Notes under the pieces: model-generated
What the model was told of the DNA's origin: nothing
Databases searched by the model: none
What the model saw: the letters and a program-made list of their open reading frames with translations, nothing else
Position numbers and translations under genes: made by a program
Source of the DNA: Squalus acanthias
Taxonomy: Eukaryota
Length of the DNA: 64,000 nt
Assembly (NCBI GenBank): GCA_030390025.1
Contig: CM059425.1
Span: 177,384,001 to 177,448,000, forward strand
Direction of reading: 5' to 3'
Part shown: piece after piece, positions 49,301 to 61,545 of the stretch
How the letters are laid out: every line of letters begins with the position of its first letter
How positions within the stretch are numbered: the first letter of the stretch is position 1

Positions 49301-49612
49301 CTGGCACATTCCAAGGTCCAGGAGTACGTGCTGAGGCAAAGGCACGATGGGGAAGGGCCACAGTTTAAGGCCCTCCCGCCAGTGTACACCGAGGGGCTGG
49401 AACCAGTATAAAACCCCCCTCGGGCCGCACGTTCCAAATTGTCTGAATGTAAATGTACATAACATTTGAAATGTAACTGGCATGAAACGAACAAAACTGC
49501 CATGTAATGTATTCAACCTGGACTGCACGATGTAAAATATGATCTGTGGATTGTATTGTAATGTATTTGAACAAATTTTTATAAATAAAGTATATTTTTG
49601 ATACAAAAAAAA
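46381..49612 (+). mobile_element. Tx1-type (L1 group) LINE 3' part, split by a CR1 (46381-47489 and 49197-49612)
   Basis: FELASGAKVNRSKS, LKVLGIWFG, LSIAGKNLII, CCHC-type CPRGGCGGDETVIHLLLEC; resumes NCCWKTINLVKDALWSARN; AATAAA plus A tail at 49583-49612. Confidence 0.9.
47483..49196 (+). mobile_element. CR1 LINE 3' 1.7 kb inserted in Tx1
   Basis: KSPGPDNLHPRVLKE, YLDFQKASDKVPH, VPQGSVLGP, FADDTKL; tail TTCTATGTTTCT. Confidence 0.95.
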
Positions 49613-50919
49613 TTGCTCCCAAAGAGGATCAATTACTTTTAACATCTTTGCATATTGTCCCCTTAGAAGCAAAAAATGAATTAAGGAAACATTTTTACAG
49701 CCCAGGAAAGGCCTCAGAGTCCCCTTGTCAGAACCATTGTTGGTCGCTCCAATATTGGCCAGCTGACCAGGGTGGGCATCTTTTATGCACCTGCCCTGTT
49801 CATGTAAATGACCGTGTCCATGGGGTTTGGGATAGAGTTTCTGGCTTGGAGCTAGGATGAACAGGGGTTGTGAAACTTGTGAAATATGAAATATCCACAG
49901 TAACCACCACTTTTATTGCCACCAGCCAATCAGCGACTACAACATTCTGTTCAATTAATGATTTTTCTTGGGCATTGTATATCACCACACTTGCCTCCCA
50001 ATGCACTCTGCAATTAGTTAAGAAATTAGTGCAAATTATAGTGGGTGAATTCAATGTCAATTCAGGTACATAAAGAGAAATAAAGAGATTGAAAGAAAGA
50101 ATTGATTAAGAGAGAGAGTAAAAAGAGACAGAAAGGAAAAGTTAATTTTTTTAAACATTTTTTTTACATTTAAACAGTTAAAAACTGAAGGAATGAGACG
50201 CCACACTTGAAATAGTTAATTTTCAGTGCCAGAGATGTTGTTTCAGTAATTGACACTCATCATGTTGTTAAAATGGTACTTAGACTGGAATGGACAAGAC
50301 TTAACTTTCTGTGGCGAGTTTAGTTTGTAACTACCACGCAAATGCAGCAACTTTGCACCATTGAATGCATTTCAATGGGGAGCCAGACAGCGAAATGCCT
50401 TTTTCGCAAAGCTAACGGTGGAGTGATGCAACTCGGACAGGAACTTTTGGATATTTGAGTTTAACCGCACATCTGCCCCTCACCTGAAGTTGCTGTATCA
50501 TTTGTGCATAAATAATGGAGAACGCCATTAACCTCACCGCTATTTTGACAGCAAACTCATGCACTAATAATATTGAAGTGTTTCATCTCAGCAAGCAACA
50601 TAGGATTTTCCTGGTGTTGTAGCTTGAAATGAGTACTGAATTAAGTGGCAACTGTAGTTGACCAATCGCTGCCTCCAAAGTGGAAAAGTTATTCCCTCAG
50701 ACAATATTTATACTTACACCCCAGAGTGAAATGACAACAGTTGTATTGTTTACTGAAAAAATATTCAATTAAAGTCAGCAGGATCCACAGAATGGAACAG
50801 ATAACTAGAAGGAAGATGAAGACTTTAGCACAGATTTATAATATGTGCCCAGCGTTCCAAAGAAGTCAATTCTGTAAATGTGATGCCCTCAAGGAAAAAC
50901 TGGCTTCAACAAGAGTCTG

Positions 50920-51190
50920 ACAATTGGTTCCCGCACCCCTGCACCAGTAAGGCAAAAAGTCAACCACGGTTCCCATTACTGATTCTCTAACCAGAAACCT
51001 CTTCTGGTAACTGCATATAGATGGACAGGATTAGACTCAGCTGTGATATCCCTGTGGCTGAATAACAGATCATCACTCTCGATCGAGGCTCAGAGATTGA
51101 GAGTGGCTATTTGAGTGAGGTACCAAAGGGTCGCCTGTGGAACCGTACCCCAGCTAGAGTCATTCTTTTCAGGAGATAACCAGAGAAAAG
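50920..51190 (+). mobile_element. SINE family B, 3' part
   Basis: CTCAGCTGTGA..GAGGTAC..GTGGAACCGTACCCCAGC..TTCAGGAGA shared with the other copies. Confidence 0.55.
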
Positions 51191-53044
51191 AGCAAAAAAT
51201 ACATTATAATCTGAAGATGATTCTCCTAATCTAGAGTCAGTCAGGCAAACCAGATGTATCGAAATACATTTATATCTAAACGGTTAAAGCTCATTCCTCA
51301 TTGTATGGCTCTGGCTGGAAAGTATGTGCATTTTGGAAATTAGGATGTTAAAAACAATATTAAAACAATTTGTAGAATGTCACATACTGGTGCAAGGAAC
51401 ACATGTACTGCTCTACGATAGTGGTCAATCGAGTTAAAGAATGTCAGTCTGGCTGAATTCCAGCCTGAAACATTCCTCAGATAGTGGGACATGGAACTAA
51501 GCACTGGCAAAATATCGTACCATTGAGAGAATCGATACTTTTGTAAAAGGTATTTGGCAGCTTTAAAAATACTGAGATGTTTGACAGAATATCATAAACT
51601 TACTCTAACGTTCTTGGTCCTCTGCAGGATCTTTCTTAAGACGGTGATAATGTCGTCACTTTTGAAGTGTGATGCTAGTTTTTCAGATTGAGAGAATCCA
51701 AATTGGATTCTCCTTCAATGTGTTTTAAGTAAAACAAAGGCTTTGATGCATGGTATGAGAGCTTACTTTCCACCACAATATTCATTAAAATAGTCAGAGA
51801 GCAGTGGCAGCGATACTATAGTGATGGAAATAAGTGAGATGACTGTTCAAGTGCTCAGTAACAAGATCACAAAAGAATGGAACAAGAAAAAGTTATTCCA
51901 ATTGGACAAGTGAAATTTGCATTGTTGCTTTCCCAAACTTATTTAAATTGCCAAAAGGAGGTAAATAACAACAGCAACAACTTGCATTTATATAGCGCCT
52001 TTAATGTAGTAAAACGTCCCAAGGCACTTTCTACAAGACTTTTAAGAGAAACTCTGGACAATTTCTTCCCAAACCTCACCCAAAGGTAGAAACTTCAAGA
52101 CATCATCTAACATTACAATCCATGACATTCAGCCTCGATATTTTCTGAGACAATCAAATGTCTTGGGTCGAGGTTTTCCGATGGGGCATAATCCCTGCTG
52201 CAAGTGTGGCAAGGCAGAAACTGCACACGATTCACAACATGAGGATTGGGACCCACTGTTATTTCTGGGGCCAGGCTCATTTGAATAATTATTGGTAAAC
52301 TCCAGATTTGGAAAACCTCAGATTAGGAGCTCGCACTTTTGGGAGTAGGAAATAGTGTGCTGCTGCAGACCATGTACAAGCCCACAGTTAGAGTACTCTA
52401 AGCAGTTTTGGGTGCCACATTATAGAAAGGATAATAAAGCTATAGAAAACACCAATTGTACAATAGCAGGACGATACCATGGATGAGGAACTAAAGGTAT
52501 AAGGAAAGGTCCTGGTCCTGAAAATCTGCAGCATGTCATATCTAGATGCAAGTGCCAAGATATGTCCCAGACCTCCTCTGTTGACCTCGAAGTTCACTTG
52601 GTCAAGGGGAGGAACCTTGACTTCCCAATTATTACGGCTACATCTGGGTTTTCTGCCTATTCCAGCAAGTCCTTAGGAACTGGCCCAGCTAGAGGGGTGA
52701 ATGTTGGGACCCCCATGGAAACAAAGTATAATTCACCCCCGCCCAAGACTTCCTTTGGGAGTCCAAGCCAGCATCCTCGCCTAGAATCCCAGATGGTCTC
52801 CCACATCCACCTTAGGTCAATGAAGGCCTGGCACATGGGAATTCTGATGTTTGGAGTCCCGACCCCAGCCCAATTCCTCCCCCCACACCTCCTTTATATC
52901 AAAGGCCATGTTTGGGGTGTGCAGGGGGTCCACCCCTAAAAGGCCATACAAGAAACTTTGGTGCCACTTTTTGGTTGTTCCAGTATTTTCCTGCCAAAGT
53001 TACGGTGCGAGTATGCCTAAATGGCCATGGATTTCCAATGCCAC

Positions 53045-53265
53045 TGGAGCAGAGAAGACGAAGAGGAGACTTAATAGAGGCTTGTAAAATTACTCAATGT
53101 TTTGATAGTGAATAGGAAAAAAAATATTTCCTCTAGTTGGAGAGCCAGTGACAATGAGTTATCAATTTAAAGTTGTCATTCATAGATTGAGGAGTGCGAT
53201 TAGGAGAAATTTCTTTACACAGAAAGTTGTTGGAGCAGGAATGCTCCGTCACAGGTAATAGTTGA
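53045..53265 (+). mobile_element. Old CR1 3' fragment
   Basis: LEQRRRRGDLIEACKI..RRNFFTQKVV. Confidence 0.7.
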
Positions 53266-53797
53266 GTAGCCTATTGTGTGGCACACACGGTGGACTGGCT
53301 GCCTACATCCACCAACTTAGCAACTTCAAGTGGTGAGAAATGATTTTCCTTTCCATAAGCCAAGTTGAGATTCTCTAAAGCTCTTTCTGTATAAGTTAGT
53401 CATACAGTGTATCGCTAATGATCTCTTCTAACAACTTGCCTATAACGGAAGTCAAATTAAAAGGCCTATAATTTCCTGGTTATGACATTGCTCTTTTAAA
53501 ATATAAACACCACACGAGCCTTTTTCCCATCCTTGGGAACAATCCTGAACCCAGCGAGCTGTTAAATATGAGCAAGGGGCTCACAGAGCACATTTTCCTT
53601 TTCTTTGAGCACCCTCGGGTGAATGGCATCAATGACAGCAGCCCGAACTGTTTTGATATCCCTTATTGTCAGGGCTATTTCTGCATCCACTTTAACATAG
53701 GTCAATTTTAGCATCAGTCATACGTTATATTATTGGCAATCCAGCACCATAGTCAGTAGTCAATACTGTTACTTGTCGAGGGGGGTCTATTAACACA

Positions 53798-53923
53798 GGT
53801 GCCAGGGTAGTGATGGGTGCCGGGGTAGTGATGGTGATGGGTGCCGGGGTGGTGATGGGTGCCGGGGTGGTGAAGGTGATGGGTGCCGGGGTGGTGAAGG
53901 TGATGGGTGCCGGGGTGGTGATG
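53798..53923 (+). repeat. Minisatellite GATGGGTGCCGGGGTGGT(GAAGGT), 18-24 bp unit, about 6 copies
   Basis: Direct reading; explains the TTPAPI and His-rich ORFs. Confidence 0.92.
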
Positions 53924-54344
53924 GCTGCAGCCAAAATACCTGTGGTGCAGTTGTACCTTTATTTGTTGACCTCTCATAAACTCTTCTTCCTCGTCTCAAT
54001 TTTGAAATGTGTTTCCAACACCTAAATGGATATCCATCCTTTTTGTATGGTGTGTGAGTGCCAACAGCAGCTGGAGCCTGGGGAAAACACCATTAAAGCA
54101 TTGAGAGAGTGGTGTATTGGCAGAAGTGCTGTCCTTTGCATGGGTTATTTAATTAAGGCCAAGGGAGGTAAAAAAAAAGTAATTACTGTGAGAAAATATC
54201 AGGCCTGAACTTTCTCAGATTAGTGGATTAATTGGATTATTGTTTATATTCATTATGAACAATTTAGTGTTCCAGGAAATGTTTTTCACCCACAGATTCT
54301 TAATCTCCAATCTTGGCCCCAGCTTCAACTGTTACCTTGCTGCC

Positions 54345-54705
54345 TCTCTCTGACCTGCTCCTCACTTCCATTTATCCGCCATTGATCCATATCCCTTGAT
54401 GCCCTTGCTTAATAAAAATCTGAAAATTTCAAATCGACCCAACATCCACAGCCTTTGTGGGAGAGAATTCCAGATTTCCACTACCCTTTGTGTGAAAAAA
54501 TGCTTCCCGAGTTCACTCCTGAATGGCCTAGTTCTAATTTTTAGATTATCCCCCTTGTTCTGGATTCTCCAACCAGAGGAAATAGCTTCCCTGAATCTAC
54601 CCTATTGAATCCTTATCATTTTATACATATCAATTAGATTATTTCTAAACTCAAGGGAATACAAGCAAAGTTTTTGCAACCTGTCCACATTATTTAACTC
54701 TTTAA
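54345..54705 (-). mobile_element. Old CR1 3' fragment
   Basis: Reverse complement of CR1 FFTQRVV.IWNSLPQ region. Confidence 0.7.
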
Positions 54706-54824
54706 GCTCTAATATAATTTTATTAACAAAAAAGTACAGCAGGCCTGAGCCAGAAACATTTAAAATCTTCAGGAAACACAAGTTCAGATTTATGAGTTTA
54801 CAGCTTATTGTGCCAATACAACAT

Positions 54825-55475
54825 CAGTAACTTGCATTTATATAGCGCCATTAGCATAAAAAAAGTCCCAAGGTGCTTTACAGAGGTGTCATCAGGAAAA
54901 AAATGGCCACCGAGCCAAAAATGGAGATATTAGGAGAATTGAACAAAAGCTTAGTCACAGAAGTAGTTTATAAGGGGGAGAGAGAGAGAACGAGAGGTGG
55001 AGAGGTTTAAGGAGGTAATCCCAAAGCATAGTCTTTTTTTTTTAAATAACACTCCTGTGAAGCGCCTTGGGACGTTTTACTACGTTAAAGGCGCTATATA
55101 AATGTAAGTTTAATTGTTGTCTAGGCAGCTGAAGGCACAGTGGGGCGAAGGAAGGAGAGGATGTACAAGAGGCCAGAGATGGAGAGATGAAGGAACGGGG
55201 AGTTCTGGAGGGAATGTAGAGCTCAAGGTGGTTACAGGGCGAGGCAAGGTCATGTAAGTATTTAAACAAAGAAGAGATGATTTTAAATAGGAGTCTTTGG
55301 GGGAATGGGAGCCAATGTAGGCCAGCAGGGATGGAGTGATGGATGAGCAGGTCTTGGTGTGGAATAGGGTAAGGGCAGCAGAGTTTTGTACGAGTTAAGG
55401 TTTATGGAAGTTGGAAGATGGGAGGCCGGCCAGGAGAGCTTTGGAATAGTTGAGTCGGGAGGTGGCAAGGGCATG
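54825..55475 (-). mobile_element. L2 3' fragment with a plus-strand L2 tail (about 55045-55120) inserted
   Basis: Homologous to 23346-23950; an opposite-orientation tail GTGAAGCGCCTTGGGACG..GCTATATAAATGTAAG lies inside it. Confidence 0.8.
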
Positions 55476-55729
55476 TTGTTTTAGTACACGTACACAATAC
55501 TTTAATGTATATTTGAAGATACAAGCTGGTAAATTCCTCAGAGATGCTCCCACTCTGCTGGTGTTACTTAGCTGGAAGGGCAGCTGAAATCCCGTTCGCA
55601 CTTCCAGCAAAGTAACATTGGTGGAGCGGGAGTAACTCCGAGGAATTTCCCAGCCATGATTTCTTTCAAACCCATCTTTGAAGATAACAGTATATATTCT
55701 CCCCAGTCTCCACAATCATTTGAGGAAGC

Positions 55730-55910
55730 ACTAAAGAAAGCAAGGGCATAAAATGTACCAAGGGTGGAGGATTTAAATGTCTATCGCCAAGAGTGGCTTG
55801 GTAGTACCACCACTGATTCAGCTGGCCAAGTCCTGAAGGACATAACTGCCAGACTAGGCCTGGGTTAGGTTGTGCAGGAACCAACATGAGGGATTAACCT
55901 ATTTGTCCTC
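55730..55910 (+). mobile_element. Old LINE-A endonuclease fragment
   Basis: QEWLGSTTTDSAGQVLKDITARLGL matches 2093-1960 on the minus strand. Confidence 0.75.
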
Positions 55911-56289
55911 TTTCCCATCAGTTCGGCACCCAAGAGATTGGGGGCTCCCATGACTCCAAAGCCACGGGCAGCTTTCTCTTTTGCCTCTGCTGGGAAGGTG
56001 GCACATCCTCACCCTCTCATCACTCCTCTGGCTTGCTTGTTCTCTGTTAATGGCTTGGTGCCACATCTTCACTAACACTATCCTGGCAACAGTATCTGAA
56101 CTAGCGTGAGGGAGTTAAAAAAGCAAGTGACACAAGAGATGACCGAGGGGGTTGTGGCAGAGGAACATGGAGCTAGAGATTGTTGCCAGGACTCACGTCC
56201 TCATCAAAGAGTAGGGCAGAGGCTGTGGCCACAATTCTTCAATATCTCCTTAAATATGTAAATTGTGTCATAAAATGAGTGTAACCAAT

Positions 56290-57590
56290 TATTTCTCAAG
56301 AAAGGACAAACTGGGTAACTATAGACCAGTTAGTCTAATGTCAGCTGTAGCCAAACTCCTAGAAATCATAATTTAAGATAAAATTAGTGAGTATTTACAA
56401 AAGCATGGGTTAGTCAACATCGATCTGTTAAAGGCAAATCACATTTGACAATTTAATAGCTTTTTTTAAAAAAGTGATTTATGGGAATGCAGTAGATGTA
56501 GTTTATATGGATTTTCAGAAGATATACGATAAAGTGCCTCACAAATGTTTGATTATCCTGGTTGATTTCATCAGACTTCATAATTATATTCCGCTGGACA
56601 TTTGGAGTTGGGAAATATGCAGCAAATTACAATGATCCTGGAGTAAACTCAGAAACCATGGTAAACACTCAGCAATTCATTCAGCATCTGCGGAGAGACC
56701 ACTGTTCTGATGAAGGGTTATACCTCGAACATTAACTTGTTTGTTCCCTTCTCCTGACCGACTTGTTGAGTGTTTCTAGCATTTTCTGTTCTTGTTTCAG
56801 ATTTCCAGCATTTGCAACTTTTTTTTTAATTCACATTAATTCACATTAAATGGTAGGACACTGAGTAGTGTAGAGGAACAAAGGGACCTTGGAGTGCATG
56901 TCCACAGGTTCCTGAAGGTAGCAGGCCAGATAAGGTGGTTAGGAAGGCATACGGAATGCTTACCTTTATTAGCCGTGGCATAGAATACAAGAGTAGGGGG
57001 GGGGTTATGCTTCAACTGTATAAAACACTAGTTAGGCCTCAGCTAGAGTACTGCGTGCAGTTCTGGTCACCACATTACAGAAAAGATGTGATTGCACTAG
57101 AGAGGGTACAGAGGAGATTTACAAGGATGTTGCTGGGAGTAGAGAATCTTAGCTATGAGGAAAGACTGGATAGGCTGGGTCTGTTTTCCTTGGAATAGAG
57201 GAGACTGAGGGGAGACCTTATTGAGGTGTATAAAATTATGAGGGGCTGAGATAAAGTGGATAGAAAGGACCTATTTCCCTTAGCAGAGGGGTCAAAGACC
57301 AGGTTTAAAGTAATTGATGGAAGGTTTAGAGGGATTTGAGGGGAAATTTCTTCACCCAGAGGGTTGTGGGGGTCTGGAACTCACTGCCTGAAAGGGTGGT
57401 AGAGGCAGAAACCCTAACCACATTTAAAAAGTACTTGGATGTGCACTTGGGATGCTGTAACCTGCAGGGTTACAGACCAAGAGCTGGGAAGTGGGATTAG
57501 GCTGGATATCTCTGTTGGCCGGCGCGGACACGATGGGCCGAAATGGCCTCCTTCCATGCTGTAACTTTCTATGATTCTTCTATGATTCTA
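56290..57590 (+). mobile_element. CR1 fragments (56290-56550 old; 56845-57590 3' end)
   Basis: GNYRPVSL, VDVVYMDFQKIYDKVPH; LYKTLVRPQLEYCVQFWSPHY; tail (TTCTATGA)n. Confidence 0.85.
56645..56822. mobile_element. Degenerate Penelope-type fold-back insert
   Basis: AAACACTCAGCA..CAGCATCTG, then CTGATGAAGGG..CTCGAACATTAAC, then TGAGTGTTTCTAGCATTTTCTG..TTTCAGATTTCCAGCA. Confidence 0.65.
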
Positions 57591-57612
57591 TTTATAATTA
57601 TCTTGGAGACTG

Positions 57613-59269
57613 CAAGAAACGGCTGAGCGCACCGGATACAGCAAAGGCTATGGGCCCCGACAACATCCCGGCTGTAGTGCTGAAGACTTGTGCTCCAGAA
57701 CTAGCCGCACCTCTAGCCAAGCTGTTCCAGTACAGCTACAACACTGGCATCTACCTGACAAAGTAGAAAATTGCTCAGGTATGTCCGTTTCACAAAAAGC
57801 TGGACAAATCCAATCCGGCCAATCACCACCCCATCAGTCTACTCTCAATCATCAAAGTGATGGAAGATGTAATTGACAGTGCTATCAAGTGGCACTTACT
57901 AACCAATAACTGCTCACCGATGCTCAGTTTGGGTTCTGCTAGGACCACTTGGCTCCAAACCCCATTACAGCCTTGGTCCAAACATGGTCAAAAGAGCTGA
58001 ACTCAGAGGTGAGGTGAGAGTGACTGCCCTTGACATCAAGGCAGCATTTGACTGAGTGTGGCATCAAGGAGCCCTAGTAAAACTGAAGTCAATGGGAATC
58101 AGGGGGAAAACTCTCCACTGGCTGGAGTCATACCTAGCACAAAAGGAAGATGGTTGTGGTTGTTGGAGGCCAATCATCTCAGCCCCAGGACATCACTGCT
58201 GGAGTTCCTCAGGGCAGTGTGTCAAATCCCCCACCATCAACATTCTGGGGGTCACCATTAACCAGAAACTCAACTGGACCAGCTGCATAAATAATGTGGC
58301 TACACCTTTTATGTTGATTTCAGTGATTGATGGCTGGTGCCATCACCAATACAAAAAGGAAGTAAGTGCCCCCTTTTAAAAGGGGCACAACCAATAAACC
58401 GCAAATTAAACCGAATTTAAATGAAACTTAAATCAAATTAGAATTTTGTTTCCGGGGTGATGAAGCACTCCAGTCCCTCCAGTGGCCATCGGTCACGGAA
58501 GGCCTCAAGCATACCAGTGCTCACCACATGCTCCATTTCCAGGGACACCCGGGCGCAAACATAACCACGGAAGAGAGGCAGGCAGTCGGGCCGAACCCCC
58601 CCGACCTCTCCCTACCTGGACCGGTTAATGGAATACTGTGGCTACAAGAGCAGGTCAGAGGCTAGGTATTCTGCTGCGAGTGACTCACCTCCTGACTCCC
58701 CAAAGCCTTTCCACCATCTACAAGGCACAAGTAAGGAGTGTGATGGAATACTCTCCACTTGCCTGGATGAGTGCAGCTCCAACAACTCTCAGGAAGCTCG
58801 ACACCATTCAGGACAAAGCAGCCCGCTTAATTGGCACCCCTTCCACCACCTTAAACATTCACTCCGTCCACCACCGTTGCACCGTGGCTGCAGTGTGTAC
58901 CATCTACAAGATGCACTGCAGCAACTCGCCAAGGCTTCTTCAACAGCACCTCCCAAACCCACAACCTCTACCGCCTAGAAGGACAAGGACCACAGGCTCA
59001 TGGGAACACCACCACCTCCAAGTTCCCCTCCAAGTCACACACCATCCTGACTTGGAAATATATCGCCGTTCCTTCATAGTCGCTGGGTCAAAATCTTGGA
59101 ACTCCCTACCTAACAGCAGTGTGGGAGTACCTTCACCACATAGACTGCAGCGGTTAAAGAAGCGGTTAAAGAAGCCAGCTCACCATCACCTTCTCCAGGG
59201 CAACTAGGGCTGGGTAATAAATGCTGCCTTGCCAGCAACACCCACATCCCAAGAACAAATTAAAAAAAA
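57613..59269 (+). mobile_element. LINE-A copy 2 (RT to 3' end; internal deletion near 58220; split by a Tx1-like insert)
   Basis: Matches copy 1 (KAMGPDNIPAVVLKTCAPELA, WHQGALVKLKSMGIRG); C-terminal ORF 58638-59207; short 3' UTR and A-rich tail. Confidence 0.92.
58305..58631 (-). mobile_element. Short 3' fragment of a second, probably Tx1/L1-like, LINE
   Basis: 15-bp TSD AATA(A/C)TGTGGCTACA; minus frame PDCLPLFRGYVCARVSLEMEHVVSTGMLEAFRDRW resembles a Tx1 ORF2 C-terminus; palindrome GTGCCCC..GGGGCAC in the 3' UTR. Confidence 0.7.
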
Positions 59270-60874
59270 TTATAGGATGACCTATCAAGCACTGCTCCAA
59301 CTTGACTATGACATGTTTGATATTGATTCTGGTAGTTGCATGCACTTCATTGGACCAATGCTCAGCAGCTGTCATGGAGGTGTCATGAGCCACAGTTCAA
59401 GGGGATATCCTTTGTTTCCTTGGAGCTAACCTTACCCTCTGAGTCAAATAATGGGGACACAGTGGATTGCATTAAAACATAGGCATCATAACTGCTGCCT
59501 GGGAAGTGTGATTTGACCCGAGTCATTCTGTGCTATGGTCACAGACAAGCTGAACATTGATGGATTAGTTGCCCTTGAGATTCATGAATGCATAGCTATT
59601 GTATAGGGGCACATGGATGGCATCACTGATGCCCTGCACTTTTGGAAAAAGTACTGTCTGCTTAGGTTACTGCTAGTTGTCTATTAGAAAAGTGATTCAA
59701 TTGCTTGCTCTAGTAAACAAGGCATCAGTCAAGTGCTTGATATATCCAAGCACTGCAGATGAACTGATTTTCATAATGTCCCCTGGAATAATCCCAAGAT
59801 GTAAAAGGCGAGTGCTGTTGTACCTCCAGTGTCAGGCCTGGCTGAAGATTATGTTCCAGCATGCAGCACAACACTGTCACAGCCACTTGTTAATCACAGT
59901 CTAAAAACAGAAAGTTCATCAGCAATTCAGGCAAGTGTGCCTGTACACTCGAATTCTAAGGTATTCTAACTTCACATGTCTAGCATCCCACTGTTGCCCA
60001 AACAAGTGCAATAGCCATGATCCAAATGATACTGTCAAGACTCTTGGCATGCATAGTGTGAATATAAAAAGTGGGGCTAAACAAATATTCAACCAAAAAT
60101 AAACTCCATGCTGCAAAAATCACATTGAAAATAATGGCAGTTTCCCTTTAAACACTGACTTCCTGTCAGCACTCAACTTTGCTACCTAAAATGCCTATTT
60201 TTATGGATAGGCTGAACACATTTCATATTTCAAACATGACTCACAGGAAGTTGCATGTGTATAAAATATGCTCTTCCCTATTTTCAGCAAGAGTTTGCTG
60301 CCCCTACCCATCCGGAGGTTGTTGGGTTATGCAGGACAGGGAGAGATTTGGCAAGCATATTCTCCTCTCAGCCTTGTAATCACCCTGCCACGTTTCTATC
60401 ATCAGCAGTAGTGTGCATCATTGTAAAATTGATCCAAAAGTTTATATATTGGATGTATTGGTCTCCAACTCATTTCTGAATTTAGGAAAAACTACAGGGG
60501 AGTGAAAACAGAACCCTGCAGCTCACCGGCTTTTTTTTGTTGTTGTTACATTTATCGCAATTTTCCGCTTCACTTTGCCAAACCAGTTTTCACTAACCTT
60601 TCACAGCATCCACAAGTTCTGGTTTTAGCTGTGCAGAGTGAGGCAAGGAAAGATTGGGTGGGTTCTTTAAGCAGTTTGCCTTATAAGACATCACACCTCA
60701 AGTTGCATTGACAGTGTTATCCTGCTTTTACAATTGAGTTTACTTGTTTTGACACAGGATAAAACATTTTAAACAATTAAATGACTTGGGAACTCTAAAA
60801 CTGCATTAACCCTTACACTCTCAAGAACTTCATATAATTTACAAAAAGCACGTAGGCCAGTTCAGGACTTGGAA

Positions 60875-61545
60875 ATGTCCTCCTTTTCCCTCAGCCAAGG
60901 AGTCCCTCTGCTGTGATCAACAGGGCTTATGGTCAGGTACATTCGATTTCCTGTTCTTCTGCTCTCATTCCTCCCCCTCCTTTTCACAACCGTGACAGGG
61001 TTTCCTGGTCCTCACCTTCCATGCCACCAGCCTTCATATTCACCAGAGCATCTGCTGCAATTTCTGCCACCTACATGATCCCACCACCAAACACATCTTC
61101 CTCTCCCCTCTCGGCTTTCCCTCCAAGATACCTGGCTCACTCTTCGACCACTCCCAATTTCAAGCTGTCCTGCTCCAGCAACTTCACATGTAAATACAGG
61201 AGATGCAACACCACTGTCCAGTGCCCCAAACACTCCTTCCACAAGAGACAGGAATTAATTTGTACTTCATTCTAGTATATTGTATTTGCTGCTCACGGTG
61301 CAGTCTCCTCTTCATTAGGGAGAGGAAACTCAGATTAGGTGATCATTTTGCTGAACAGCTCTATTCTGTCCACAAGTGCAACTCGAGCTACCTATGACTT
61401 GCCACTAACTCTCCATCACATGCCAATCTGATTTCTCGGTCATTAGCCTCAGACGGTTCCAACAAAGTTCAACAGAAGCTTCAGCAATAATCTCTTATCT
61501 TTCTCCTGGGCACCCTAAAACTCTGGTCTCAACATCAACTTTAGA
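60875..61545 (+). pseudogene. Penelope-like element remnant (RT C-terminus, Zn linker, GIY-YIG endonuclease)
   Basis: FTCKYRRCNT, ICTS..LVYCICCSRCSLLFIRERKLRLGDHFAEQL, a decayed VYCI.C..C...YIGET.R.L..RF.EH GIY-YIG motif. Confidence 0.8.

Noticed and set aside
53725..54025. His-rich and TTPAPI-repeat ORFs, or a CRISPR-like array
   Set aside because: Translations of a minisatellite; no unique spacers; vertebrate context.
58310..58350. C/D box snoRNA-like motif on the minus strand
   Set aside because: Box C is imperfect, the spacing is too short, and it lies in a LINE 3' UTR.
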